IMG/VR virus record: IMGVR_UViG_3300021387_000075
Length of the DNA: 64,000 nt
Direction: 5' to 3' (one strand)
From: a virus
Lineage: Duplodnaviria > Caudoviricetes
Shown here: piece by piece, positions 37,225 through 47,671 of the stretch
How positions within the stretch are numbered: position 1 is the stretch's first letter
Layout of the letters: every line of letters starts with the position of its first letter
Made by a program: the position numbers and the translations under genes
The notes under the pieces: generated by a model
What the model was told of the DNA's origin: nothing
Seen by the model: only the letters and a program-made list of their open reading frames with translations
The model's database searches: none

Positions 37225-37422
37225 TTATGCCTCCTTAATCCAATTATTAATTTCTACAGGAGACATTAAGTATTGTTCTCCAGTAAATACTACTGGCGCG
37301 CGGTCAGTATCTAGTTCACAGTTTTCAAATGGAATTTCTTGATATGTAATATTTTTATCAGTCATTTTCTTTTTTACCATTTCACAAATAGGACATGCTG
37401 GTAAAGTATAAATATAAATCAT
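37225..37422 (-). CDS. NrdH/glutaredoxin-like redoxin
   Basis: IYIYTLPACPICEMVKK (CxxC) and APV; upstream of nrdD. Confidence 0.8.
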   Translation of the reverse strand: MIYIYTLPACPICEMVKKKMTDKNITYQEIPFENCELDTDRAPVVFTGEQYLMSPVEINNWIKEA

Positions 37423-37427
37423 CAATT

Positions 37428-37634
37428 TCACTTCCTAAGTTTCTTTCCACAATATGGACATCTTTCTTGGTCTGAGAAATCATAAGACTCAGTACCGTGC
37501 GGGCATAGCGCCTGCAATTGTTTAATTTCATCACGAATAGTATATACCTTATCAGTACGTTCCATTCGTGATAGAGCATCACGCAAATCATTGCTTAATT
37601 GCTCATACCGGGTTTTAATTTCTGATTGATTCAT
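37428..37634 (-). CDS. Small Zn-ribbon protein
   Basis: CPH...CPYCGK. Confidence 0.6.
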   Translation of the reverse strand: MNQSEIKTRYEQLSNDLRDALSRMERTDKVYTIRDEIKQLQALCPHGTESYDFSDQERCPYCGKKLRK

Positions 37635-38713
37635 TTAATCCACCTTCCTGCTTTTGATAGTGATGCAGTTGTCTGCATAAATAATATATTTTGACGTGGA
37701 AATTTTTCCACCAAAATCCTAGCTTGTTCTTTCGCGGCTAAAACGTTTTCTTGCTTTGATTTATTTGGTATGTACTCGTATATTGTATGAGTTTTCCGCA
37801 AATGACTTGCTGACCAAGTTGCAATTAATCGAGATAAGTCAGCTAGTGGATCAAAGCAACCTAATGTTGGTTCTTCATACTTCAATCTAATTGGAATCCT
37901 GTTAGACCAAAGTGTATAAAGAAGATTCATTTTATATACGAAATTTTTATAATATTCTGTTTGATAATGATAAGACCCGCCCAATGAAAGGAAAATCTGC
38001 GAGCGAGGCATTATCAATTCTAAAAGTTTGTTTTTATAAGTTCTCAACATATATTTTGTATCTTGTAGAGGAATATTGATATCTAGAAATACATCATTAC
38101 TTTTGCTAATTATTTCATTTTCGCGCACCTTAAAAAAGTCAGATAGTTTATAAAAATGTACTGGATGGATAAAATTTACAGAGGAAGGTTTATGCTCTGC
38201 TATATCGTCAATAATGCGCTCCCATCCAGGCGTGAAAAAATCACGGTCATAAATATAAACTCGTTTTCTGCGCGCAACCGGAGGAATTGGTAATTCTTTT
38301 TCGCCAGCAAAGCGCCGATAATATGTATCATCCAATATGTGTTCAATGCGCTTTTCCGTTTCTCCTGCGTGATATTTCTCTTTTAAAAAATTACCGTAAA
38401 TAGCGGGCCGGGGAAACGTATAATCAATTAGCTCGTTTTCAAAAGGAATATATTTCTTATTAGTAAAGGCCGAGCCGCCATAAATAACATTTGGCTCACG
38501 ACGCAATGCTTCGGGAATATCAATACAATTATCATTCTCGCTGAATATATAAATTTTATCATAACCAGCAAACTCAGTTTCATCTAAGTTAATTAAGCGA
38601 CAATATTTATTTTCTTCGTGCTTATAATACTCTGCCAGCTTCATAATTTCTAAATTAGGAGGCGGAAGAGTTTTCTGCGCCTTCTGTAAATTTAAATCTA
38701 CTAAGCCGATCAT
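37631..38713 (-). CDS. Hypothetical protein resembling phage radical-SAM-like proteins but lacking CxxxCxxC
   Basis: N-terminal IGLVD...PNLEIMKLAEYYK...YDKIY...GGSAF; no cluster-binding motif. Confidence 0.5.
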   Translation of the reverse strand: MIGLVDLNLQKAQKTLPPPNLEIMKLAEYYKHEENKYCRLINLDETEFAGYDKIYIFSENDNCIDIPEALRREPNVIYGGSAFTNKKYIPFENELIDYTFPRPAIYGNFLKEKYHAGETEKRIEHILDDTYYRRFAGEKELPIPPVARRKRVYIYDRDFFTPGWERIIDDIAEHKPSSVNFIHPVHFYKLSDFFKVRENEIISKSNDVFLDINIPLQDTKYMLRTYKNKLLELIMPRSQIFLSLGGSYHYQTEYYKNFVYKMNLLYTLWSNRIPIRLKYEEPTLGCFDPLADLSRLIATWSASHLRKTHTIYEYIPNKSKQENVLAAKEQARILVEKFPRQNILFMQTTASLSKAGRWIK

Positions 38714-41700
38714 TCTTCCACCTCCATTCTTTTAGTTTGAAACTCTAAAATACCATCTTCATTTATACTTACAATCTTTGAAATTACTGGATAAAACGAG
38801 TCTTTCCGTTTCTTAGGTACGAAGTCTTGTCCTCTACGAATACCCTGTATCATCAGTAACGAGCCGCGCGAGAACCAACTCTTTTCGATGACGTGCTTTA
38901 TATCGTCATCTCCTCTTTGAGAAAGTTGCTTATCATATATAGCGTATTGATTCTTATATACCTTTACATTTACAACCCCAGTTGGCGTTAATAATGTAAC
39001 CGTATTCTTTAACTTATTCTTATCAATTACTGTGCCAATAATTCTATGAAGTTTAAATACTCTTACTTCATTACCATCTCTTCCAGTAAAAGTATATTCA
39101 ATTTCTGGCTCTTCTGGTAAAGTAAAGAAGTCATCATAATTATGCGCTGCCGCCGCGAGCTCATGTTCATGACTATAAAATGATACAGATTCCATTTCCC
39201 AATGCGAGATATTTCCAGTTGCATATTTATCATATACTTCTTTATAAAGAGAATCATTCAATGCCTTTAATACTGTATCCTTATTCTCTTTTAAATAAAT
39301 CCGCATTGGATCCATTGCCTTTTTATATATATTATCCCAACGTGTCTGCGGAATCTGCACTCCATTATCAATTAAATCTGCGCTAAAATTATTTCCAATG
39401 AAATTTACTGCGGCTTCATTTAAATCATAATTATCTCCATTTTTACAAGTCTTTAAAAACTTATTGAACAAGAACAATCTCTGATAAAACTTCATATCTT
39501 CTGGTATCAGATTTTTATTAATCAACATCTGCATATTCTGTAATGTTAATCTTTGTTTGCTATCTGCTACCATATCAATATACTTTTCCATAATCTTTTC
39601 GCGCGGAATCTTCATCAATTCATCAAATGCTCCGCACTTAATTAGATTAGTCATTTGAACCTTATTTACTTTAACTTTTTCAAGGAAGTCCTCCAACGAA
39701 CTAAACGGACGCATTTCCATAATTGCTCGAATGACTGAGGTCGACAAACGGGTAATTCCTCGCAATCCATACAAGATTTCATTTCTTTCAACGACTGGGG
39801 TAAAAGTATAAGAGGAATCATTGATGTTTGGCGGCGCAACTTTAATCCCGTAATTATTAAATCTTCCAATTGCTGTTGCGACTTTTCCGTAATCAACTGT
39901 TTTTGTTTTTTCTTTTTTCTTATCTTCTTTTTCTCCATCAATTACCTCATTCTCTTCTTCCCATTCTTCAAGCTCTTCATCATCCGCATCTTCGTCTGGC
40001 GCGGCTTCAACCACGATTGAAGCTTCACCTTCTTCATCATATTCAACATTCTGCGAACCACCGCTATCCACGATTAAGTTTGCGGTATTCCAGAATATGA
40101 TAGGATAAAACCGCGCAAGATTCATTTCCTGTAATGCGACTACTGAATATGCGTAAGTATGAGATGCATTAAATCCATATCCACGGCTTAATGCAACTTC
40201 TACATTCCATACATACGAACAGAAGTTTTCATCTAATTGTTTTTCCTTTACTCGCGCGAAAAACTCCGATGTTAATTGTTCGTACTCTTTCGGATTCTTC
40301 TTTGCGATACTTTTTCTCAAACGGTCGGCCCACTGCAAATCCCAACCGCCGCATTCTGGCAATTGAACTAGCTGCATGAATTGCTCTTGTGTAATTGACA
40401 TTCCATCTGAGATATCCAATTCTCTATGAAGAATCGCACGCTCTTCATCATTTAATCCATATTGAATCATTTCTTGTTCCCAATCATTGGGATGGAAACG
40501 GAATCTTGCGTACTTATCCAATGGACTTTCCGCGCCTTTTTCTGTTGCCATTAGACGAATTACAGAGTTTAATACTGCTAATTCATCAACGTTTCTTGGA
40601 TGAGTTAATGCGATTCCTCGTGTTCCAGATTGCTGTTCCATCTGAAACAAACTAACAATTTCGTGATGTTGAATCATATCCCACATCTTTTTATCATCAC
40701 GATTTATTTTATATACATTTAAAACCGATTCATAGGTTTCGCGCAATGTTGCTTTTTTCTCAACATATCCTTGCTCTACCAACAAATCAAGACAAGTATG
40801 AATCTTATCCGCGGCTTCAACACTCAGTAAGTCCATCTTGATTTCAGAAACATCTTCCAAATCATGTAGCTCAAACTGAGTAATAATCGTACCATCGGGC
40901 GCCCGCATCAATGCACTTGATTCTGTAAAATCTTCGTCCTTAAATACAACACCGCCCGCGTGAATACCAACGCCGCAAATCAATCCTTCGATGCGACTTG
41001 CGACTTCCCATAACTGAGGATATTTGCTAATTTCATTTATAAAAGTCTGATTTGGCTCAATCCCTGCTTCTTCATCGCCATAATACATTTGTTTCAATGT
41101 ATATGATTGGCCACGTTCCGCACTAATCAGATTAGCAATATATGATGCTTCATCAACATCAATCCCTAATCCTCTGGCCGCAGTTAAAATTGCCGAACGA
41201 GATTTTTCGGTTCTAAAAGTTGCTACATTTGATACTCGATTTTCACCATATACTTTTCTAAGATATTCCAAAACCTGTCCACGCCGAAGCCCTTCAATAT
41301 CAACGTCAATATCGAGAACAGAGACACGAGATGGATTAAGGAAACGCCAAGGATACATCTTCGTCTTTTCGCGCAAACAATTTATCTGAATAATATCCAG
41401 CGCGTACAGAAGAACGAATCCGCCACCGGAACCTCGGGCCGGAAGAACAATACTACCAGCGTTCCAACACTCATCTATAATCTTTTGAAGATTTAAGAAA
41501 TATGCTGACCATTGCGCCTTATTCACCTGAGAAGATTCCCAGGTCATTTCAAGACACTCATTTAATGCGGCATAAGCTTCTTCATTTTGAAGGTCCTCAT
41601 GCTTTTTAATACCAGTGATAACCGCATCCACCAATATCCTATCTGCTTTATATGGTGAAGAAGAGAATTTTTCTAATTCCGGTATTACTGAAAAATAATA

Positions 41701-42675
41701 TTCATAATCTTCTTCTTCAAACATATCAAACTCGCGCCACGGAAGACTCGGGATTTTCAATGGCTTTAAAACACTAAAATCTTCACATCTATCTTTAATC
41801 TCGTTAATTGATGAATATGCGGCTTGAAGTTCATCTTCATTTAAATATGGGAAGAAACTTCTAATTTCTTCATCCAACATCATATAAGTTGTCGCATAAA
41901 ATGAACGAACTTCCCGCTCACCATCCTGAGAATTAAGAAATGCTTCATGAACCGCCGCATCTTCTGGCCTTCCATAATGGCTATCAGTTGTGATTATATA
42001 TTTAATTCCAAGCTCTTTACTAATTTTCAAGAGCTGTTTATTTACAAATATCTGTTCTTTTCCATTTGAAGGTTGCATCTCCAAATAGAAATTTCCTTTA
42101 CCAAAAATATCCTCAATATATAGACACCAACGTTTTGCCGTTTCATAAAATTCTTCATCACCAGTATCCATATATTGAAGAAGAAATTTATCTAACTGAG
42201 AACCCAAACAAGCACTTGATGCAATCAAATGCCCTTGATTCGGTTTTACGATTTCCTTTAAGTCGGAATAATACGTTGGACGCCGCCGCAACTTACGACT
42301 CATATAAGAGCGATTCCACGCGCGAGTTGATAATTCGCAAATCTGATGATATCCTTCCAAATCCTTACACAAAAGAATAAAGTGGAAATATCTATCTCGC
42401 GCTCTATCAAAGTTCTTTGCGGTTAAACCATTACGAGTCAGATAAATCTCATTTCCTCTAATAAGTTTAAAATCTGGATGCTCTTTCTTTATTTTCTTAT
42501 AATACTTTTCTGCTTTAATATAACTTGATATAGTTTCGTGATCGGTTATTGCTACACACTCATGCCCGAGCCCAATTGCCAGATTAAACAAATCTTCAAC
42601 CCGATTTGTACTATCGCGCAAAGTCTCATTACTATACATAGTGTGATTATGCAAACTTCCCGGATATTTCAGCAT
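38710..42675 (-). CDS. dnaE: DNA polymerase III alpha subunit (family C)
   Basis: PHP domain (HNHT, AITDHE, TDSHY), RGSGGG, DIDVD, GIHAGGV, KMDLL and GFNASH. Confidence 0.95.
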   Translation of the reverse strand: MLKYPGSLHNHTMYSNETLRDSTNRVEDLFNLAIGLGHECVAITDHETISSYIKAEKYYKKIKKEHPDFKLIRGNEIYLTRNGLTAKNFDRARDRYFHFILLCKDLEGYHQICELSTRAWNRSYMSRKLRRRPTYYSDLKEIVKPNQGHLIASSACLGSQLDKFLLQYMDTGDEEFYETAKRWCLYIEDIFGKGNFYLEMQPSNGKEQIFVNKQLLKISKELGIKYIITTDSHYGRPEDAAVHEAFLNSQDGEREVRSFYATTYMMLDEEIRSFFPYLNEDELQAAYSSINEIKDRCEDFSVLKPLKIPSLPWREFDMFEEEDYEYYFSVIPELEKFSSSPYKADRILVDAVITGIKKHEDLQNEEAYAALNECLEMTWESSQVNKAQWSAYFLNLQKIIDECWNAGSIVLPARGSGGGFVLLYALDIIQINCLREKTKMYPWRFLNPSRVSVLDIDVDIEGLRRGQVLEYLRKVYGENRVSNVATFRTEKSRSAILTAARGLGIDVDEASYIANLISAERGQSYTLKQMYYGDEEAGIEPNQTFINEISKYPQLWEVASRIEGLICGVGIHAGGVVFKDEDFTESSALMRAPDGTIITQFELHDLEDVSEIKMDLLSVEAADKIHTCLDLLVEQGYVEKKATLRETYESVLNVYKINRDDKKMWDMIQHHEIVSLFQMEQQSGTRGIALTHPRNVDELAVLNSVIRLMATEKGAESPLDKYARFRFHPNDWEQEMIQYGLNDEERAILHRELDISDGMSITQEQFMQLVQLPECGGWDLQWADRLRKSIAKKNPKEYEQLTSEFFARVKEKQLDENFCSYVWNVEVALSRGYGFNASHTYAYSVVALQEMNLARFYPIIFWNTANLIVDSGGSQNVEYDEEGEASIVVEAAPDEDADDEELEEWEEENEVIDGEKEDKKKEKTKTVDYGKVATAIGRFNNYGIKVAPPNINDSSYTFTPVVERNEILYGLRGITRLSTSVIRAIMEMRPFSSLEDFLEKVKVNKVQMTNLIKCGAFDELMKIPREKIMEKYIDMVADSKQRLTLQNMQMLINKNLIPEDMKFYQRLFLFNKFLKTCKNGDNYDLNEAAVNFIGNNFSADLIDNGVQIPQTRWDNIYKKAMDPMRIYLKENKDTVLKALNDSLYKEVYDKYATGNISHWEMESVSFYSHEHELAAAAHNYDDFFTLPEEPEIEYTFTGRDGNEVRVFKLHRIIGTVIDKNKLKNTVTLLTPTGVVNVKVYKNQYAIYDKQLSQRGDDDIKHVIEKSWFSRGSLLMIQGIRRGQDFVPKKRKDSFYPVISKIVSINEDGILEFQTKRMEVEE

Positions 42676-42699
42676 TCACATTCCTCCTTATCTATATCA

Positions 42700-42728
42700 A
42701 TTATATCATAAATTTTATTAAAAGTCAA
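42700..42728 (-). promoter_or_regulatory. sigmaA-type promoter for dnaE
   Basis: TTGACT-17-TATAAT. Confidence 0.75.
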
Positions 42729-42881
42729 TTATTGTATCTTATCCAGCCATCCCATCTGCCACATTCGGACTAGGATATTATCTATTACAGCCATTTCCTC
42801 TGGGCTATCCTCGATGTTAGTGCCTTCAATTAGTTTTTCTTTACATATTTTAATTAACTCTTCTCGATTATCATCACACAT
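42729..42881 (-). CDS. Small hypothetical protein (50 aa)
   Basis: MCDDNREELIKICKEKLIEG...WQMGWLDKIQ; fills the gap between recJ and dnaE. Confidence 0.55.
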   Translation of the reverse strand: MCDDNREELIKICKEKLIEGTNIEDSPEEMAVIDNILVRMWQMGWLDKIQ

Positions 42882-42882
42882 A

Positions 42883-44655
42883 TTAAAACTCATATTTACT
42901 ATTATCCTCCTTTAGCTCATAGTCGTCAATAAATACTTGAACCGAAGTACGTCCATTGAATGTATTAAGATTTCCGCGCCCGTAGATAGTAAGCAACTTT
43001 GTTCTATCTTCCATTACTTGCTCTACGAAATCTGAGTCTTTAAAGCGCACATAATCAATATCGTTATATGAAATCTTCATACTATCTTTATTCACGCCCA
43101 TAGGTAGAATACTCATTAGTGGAATATCTTCTACTACAATACGTACTTCATCAATATGGTTGCCGAAGTATTCAGGATGAGAGGCTAAGGCCGCAATAAG
43201 TTCATCATTATAATCTGATGCCTTTAAGATATAATCTACAAGATAGCAATTTTCAAAGTCGGCAGAACTTAGATGTTTATTAGCATAATCAATAAGAGAA
43301 TCAACTCTATTTCCATTTAAGCCCCATCCGCAAGCGTTATCATGTCCCGCAGTATAATTAAGTAGTTTGCTATCTTCCAAGAACTTTTTAAAGCTCGGTA
43401 ATCCCGCAAAGTTTCCGTCAGAACGGATACTTCCTTGAATTTCATTATCATTATTTCTGCGGCCAATCATTACCGGCTTATGATATTTAGAAACTACATT
43501 CATAGCAATAAGACCAGTCAATTCAGATGGGATATTATCGGAAGCATCTAGCTCTACCAAAATAATGTTATTATCATCCAAGCAATCTTTTTGGATTTTG
43601 AAATCTACGATACCCAGCGCCTGTTCCTTGATACGGTCTTGCCGCGCCTTTGCGTTCTTACCTACGCGCGCGGTCTGCTCCGCCGCATATTCAATATCAC
43701 CTGGCTTCGCGCCACGCTTTGTGCTTCTCATTTCACGCCTAGGCTCAATAAAGCAATAGAACATTGTTTCTTTTTCTTCCATCGTGCCTACCCGCGTAAT
43801 AGCATTGATTAGCGGTGCAATGTAGAAAGCGATATCAATTGGACTTAGACCGTTATATGGTGGTATTGCCTTTTCTTTTAGAGAAAATGCCTGCGCCTCA
43901 ATTAGAGCCTTAAAGCCTTCGTTGCGAATGTGTTGAAGTCCTTCCATCATAATATAATTAGTTTCAATATCTGTTCTATCCATTACATCCGCGATTTCGC
44001 CCAATGCGGCGAGGTCAATATAATTATGGGCTTGGTCAATTCCTAGGATATTATCCAGTACTTCACAAAACTTATATACTACTCCCGCGCCGCATAGAGA
44101 TTTATTAGGGTAGTCAGGAGATAGCTGATTATTTACAACAATAGTATTCGCGCCATCAGAGACAATTGGCTTTCCATTGGTATCATATTCTTGCTCGTGA
44201 TGGTCTAAACAAATTACATCCATACCTAATTCGCCTAAGCGTCTATGCTCTTCTTTATCATAGCTACTGGAATCGGGGCAAAGTACCAAATCATAGTCTG
44301 GATTATCTTCAAGCCAATCAATTTTATCATCAAGCCCATGTTGCTTATGAGTATGTACCATAAAGTGTAAATCAGCATTGGGAAAAATATGCTTTATATA
44401 AAGCCACAAAATAGCGCTACTTGTAAATCCGTCAGCATCGCAATCGACATTGAAAAGGATAGAACTTCCTTTGCGTAAATGGTATAGTAGTTTGTCTGCG
44501 GCAGCCTCGATATTTTTTAGTAAATAGGGATTAAGCTCACAAACGGGTGATGGATTCATAAAATTCTCAATATCGGTAACGCCGCGGTCTCTTAGGATTT
44601 CTTCCAATGCAGCTTCGGGGTCGGTCGTATAGTTTTTCTTCAACTTATATTTCAT
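42883..44655 (-). CDS. recJ: RecJ-like ssDNA exonuclease (DHH family)
   Basis: DCDADG, DHH, LCGAGV, ADVM, APLINA, GSIRS and GHDNACG. Confidence 0.92.
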   Translation of the reverse strand: MKYKLKKNYTTDPEAALEEILRDRGVTDIENFMNPSPVCELNPYLLKNIEAAADKLLYHLRKGSSILFNVDCDADGFTSSAILWLYIKHIFPNADLHFMVHTHKQHGLDDKIDWLEDNPDYDLVLCPDSSSYDKEEHRRLGELGMDVICLDHHEQEYDTNGKPIVSDGANTIVVNNQLSPDYPNKSLCGAGVVYKFCEVLDNILGIDQAHNYIDLAALGEIADVMDRTDIETNYIMMEGLQHIRNEGFKALIEAQAFSLKEKAIPPYNGLSPIDIAFYIAPLINAITRVGTMEEKETMFYCFIEPRREMRSTKRGAKPGDIEYAAEQTARVGKNAKARQDRIKEQALGIVDFKIQKDCLDDNNIILVELDASDNIPSELTGLIAMNVVSKYHKPVMIGRRNNDNEIQGSIRSDGNFAGLPSFKKFLEDSKLLNYTAGHDNACGWGLNGNRVDSLIDYANKHLSSADFENCYLVDYILKASDYNDELIAALASHPEYFGNHIDEVRIVVEDIPLMSILPMGVNKDSMKISYNDIDYVRFKDSDFVEQVMEDRTKLLTIYGRGNLNTFNGRTSVQVFIDDYELKEDNSKYEF

Positions 44656-44658
44656 TCG

Positions 44659-44943
44659 TTATCTTACCTCTCTTATGTCGGCAACATATAGTGTTGCTAT
44701 AACTTCATCATCATTCTTATCTATCATTACTATATGATTTTCTAATATATTATCTACTAGCTTCTCAGCCAGCTTCCGCTTAATATATGTCATATCTTCG
44801 GGAAAATTATGAAATATTTTATAGCCTACTTTTAATCTGACTAATGGAGCTGTGCTTGTTATTATATTATATGATTGTACTACTTCCGTGGGCGTAGTAT
44901 ATCCGCCTAACCAGTGTATAAGTTTTTCTTTCCACTTTTTCAT
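44659..44943 (-). CDS. Hypothetical protein
   Basis: 94-aa ORF translationally coupled to the primase. Confidence 0.6.
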   Translation of the reverse strand: MKKWKEKLIHWLGGYTTPTEVVQSYNIITSTAPLVRLKVGYKIFHNFPEDMTYIKRKLAEKLVDNILENHIVMIDKNDDEVIATLYVADIREVR

Positions 44944-46061
44944 CGTACTCTTATCCTTCCTCTATAAAGTTCCTCAAATACTTCCTTCCCCTTATCATAT
45001 GGAGAATCTTTTTCTTCAAGCAGATTATCCATATCCCATATATAATAAAAAGTTGCCTGACCTGCATACTTGCGGCAGGCCGCTTCAATTCTTTTTCTAT
45101 ATTCACGCGCCTTTTCAGTACGCCAATCTGTATATTCTTTATCAAAGGCAATTGTTATTTCATTCGCGCCTAAAACATTAGTTAGTAAGTTAATTTGATA
45201 TTTATTTATCTTGGAACCACAACAGGCAACTGCATTTGCCCACTGTCCATAATATCCATCATCAAGAAGCACGGACTTTTCGCCTTCTACAATAATTGCG
45301 CTTTGGCGCTTTCTTATTGCTTCTTGGTGTTCATATATGCCATATAAGTTAAAATGTAAAGGATGCACGTATAAAACGCTACCGAGTTGTAAAGGACGAT
45401 ATTTACCGTATTGGTCTGCCTCATCTTTATCTAACGTTCGCGCGCGAATGCCTACTAAATTTCCATCAATATCTAAATGTGGAATTGTTATTTTATTTTG
45501 CGCCAATGAAAAGCCAATATGAAACTTATCCATAATTTCAGGCTTAATACCATCTTTCAACCATAGGGGATGATGATATGGTGGAAAATATGTTAGCATC
45601 GTCTGTGGATATTTTGTTAAGTGTGGAATAGATGAATCAAACTTGTATTTATCCATATTAAAGTCAGAATGATATTTTTTAATACCGCTTACTACTAAAT
45701 GTTTGATACATTTCTTAACATAATCCACGGCTTCTTCAAAACTTACTTTATGATAATTGATTCTCATAAACTTCTGATATAAAGTAAAAATTGACATTGC
45801 CTCATTACACTCAGTATAACAACGAAAGATTTTATTATTCTGATACCAGTATAACTTCATAGATTCGGCTTCTTCAATCGGATTATGACAGATAGTCGGG
45901 CATACTAAATATCCCTTATCTTCATACATCGCAATTTGCTCAACGCCTAGTCCTTCTAAAAATGCCTGTACATCCTCCAAAGTAATTGAATTGATAATGT
46001 CTTGTATGCTGACATCCATCAATTCAAGCTCTTCATCTGCGCCCTGTAGTGTGGTGAGCAT
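44940..46061 (-). CDS. DNA primase (Zn finger + Toprim)
   Basis: CPTICH...CYTEC, IPH...GIRAR, VEGEKS and FDKE; next to the helicase. Confidence 0.85.
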   Translation of the reverse strand: MLTTLQGADEELELMDVSIQDIINSITLEDVQAFLEGLGVEQIAMYEDKGYLVCPTICHNPIEEAESMKLYWYQNNKIFRCYTECNEAMSIFTLYQKFMRINYHKVSFEEAVDYVKKCIKHLVVSGIKKYHSDFNMDKYKFDSSIPHLTKYPQTMLTYFPPYHHPLWLKDGIKPEIMDKFHIGFSLAQNKITIPHLDIDGNLVGIRARTLDKDEADQYGKYRPLQLGSVLYVHPLHFNLYGIYEHQEAIRKRQSAIIVEGEKSVLLDDGYYGQWANAVACCGSKINKYQINLLTNVLGANEITIAFDKEYTDWRTEKAREYRKRIEAACRKYAGQATFYYIWDMDNLLEEKDSPYDKGKEVFEELYRGRIRVR

Positions 46062-46076
46062 TTATTACTCCCCTTC

Positions 46077-47660
46077 CTATATTTGAATTACTCGTTCTCC
46101 ATTACTTGAAAACAAATCAATCGGTTCATTTATCGGCTGATTCTCTGCTGTCGTAATAAATAAATCTTCACGCTCTCCCGTACCTAAATGTAATCTTGTC
46201 CATATACGAACCATTTTATAGCGGCCACGCCGCATCTTATAAATATCTAATACATGAGTTGGTTTATTCTCGAAAATATCTGGTGAAATCATACCAGCAT
46301 TTACAGCAATTCTTAAACCTGGCAGCATCGCATTCCATCCTTTCTCTGAAATACGAGTCATTACATAACCTACGTCTGCTTTATCGGCGATACTTTTCGC
46401 GCCACGAATTGTCTTCTCATCTTTAAATGCCATTTCTTCATCATTCATCGCAAGTGCATTTACCTGAGTTGCAGAAAAGATAAATAAACCATAATCTTTT
46501 GCTACCTGTTTCAATTGATTTGCCATCATCATCAATATAACATCTTCGCGCAAATTATTTCTGGAAAACTGCGCCATCATACTTGCTGTCGAATGAATAT
46601 AATCGAAGAATACATATTTTACATTATCTACTGTCGCATACTTTCTAATTGTCGCTTCTACGTTTTGAAGATTCGGATCACTGATTTCCTCAATTAGAAA
46701 ATATCCGCTATATTCCTCCATAATCTTACCAGCGCATTTTACTCTGGTTAATTCACCTAATTCATACTTACTTGTTAAAATATGATCTTCATCTACTCCG
46801 GACAAATATGCTAACATAATCGTCTGAATCTCTTCTTTATCCATTTCTGTTACGATGAATAATACTTTACGCGGCTCTCTCGGATTGCCTTTCGCATCTA
46901 CTTCTTCAATAAATGCTTTCTCCTTATGTGACCAACGCTTTGGATATGCGAGATGACACGCATCAAAAATACTTGTACGAGACTTACCTGCGCTTGTGCT
47001 GGCACTTTTCAAAAAGAAACATCCTTCTCGTGCTCCGCGGCAGACCGAACTAAATATTTTACCTTCCAAGCTTGGACCGATACTTGGAGATTTTCTTAAA
47101 TCTTCAATCAACTCAAATATTCCTTCCGATGGATCTCCTTTTAATCTGCCGCCATTTAAAAATTCATTTCTTATCTCAGAATAATTCTTCTCTACACTAT
47201 TTAATATATCCTCTAACGATGATTCATTTAAATGCTGTATTACTTGTTGTTCTTTTAACGGATCTACTGTACTTTTCTCATCAACATAAAATTCACTAAT
47301 ATCATAATTCGCACGCTGTAATTTCCTTAATAATGAACACTTTTTTAGTCGATCATAATAAAGTTTAAAGTTGCCTAAATTCGCGGACTCATATGCATTT
47401 TTAATAAAATCTAAGCCGCCCTCGCCTTTATAAATTTGTAATGCCGCGCCGCCATTACGTTCAATCTCTTGGTCTATTTCAAGTACAGATAATTCCGTTG
47501 CGCCCTGCTCATACATTTTTTTAATTGTATTAAAACATACGCGCGCGGGTCTAAAATCAAAATCGACTGGATGAATATCCGAATATTCCAAAAGTAATTG
47601 AGGCTGATACATTAAGCAACCGATAATATTGCGATAAGCCGCACTATCGGATAACGTCAT
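46077..47660 (-). CDS. DnaB-like replicative helicase
   Basis: Walker A-like STSAGKSR, FFDYIH, SATQVN, IADKAD and KMRRGR. Ends at TAG, with TAA four codons later. Confidence 0.85.
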   Translation of the reverse strand: MTLSDSAAYRNIIGCLMYQPQLLLEYSDIHPVDFDFRPARVCFNTIKKMYEQGATELSVLEIDQEIERNGGAALQIYKGEGGLDFIKNAYESANLGNFKLYYDRLKKCSLLRKLQRANYDISEFYVDEKSTVDPLKEQQVIQHLNESSLEDILNSVEKNYSEIRNEFLNGGRLKGDPSEGIFELIEDLRKSPSIGPSLEGKIFSSVCRGAREGCFFLKSASTSAGKSRTSIFDACHLAYPKRWSHKEKAFIEEVDAKGNPREPRKVLFIVTEMDKEEIQTIMLAYLSGVDEDHILTSKYELGELTRVKCAGKIMEEYSGYFLIEEISDPNLQNVEATIRKYATVDNVKYVFFDYIHSTASMMAQFSRNNLREDVILMMMANQLKQVAKDYGLFIFSATQVNALAMNDEEMAFKDEKTIRGAKSIADKADVGYVMTRISEKGWNAMLPGLRIAVNAGMISPDIFENKPTHVLDIYKMRRGRYKMVRIWTRLHLGTGEREDLFITTAENQPINEPIDLFSSNGERVIQI

Positions 47661-47671
47661 ATAACTCCCCC

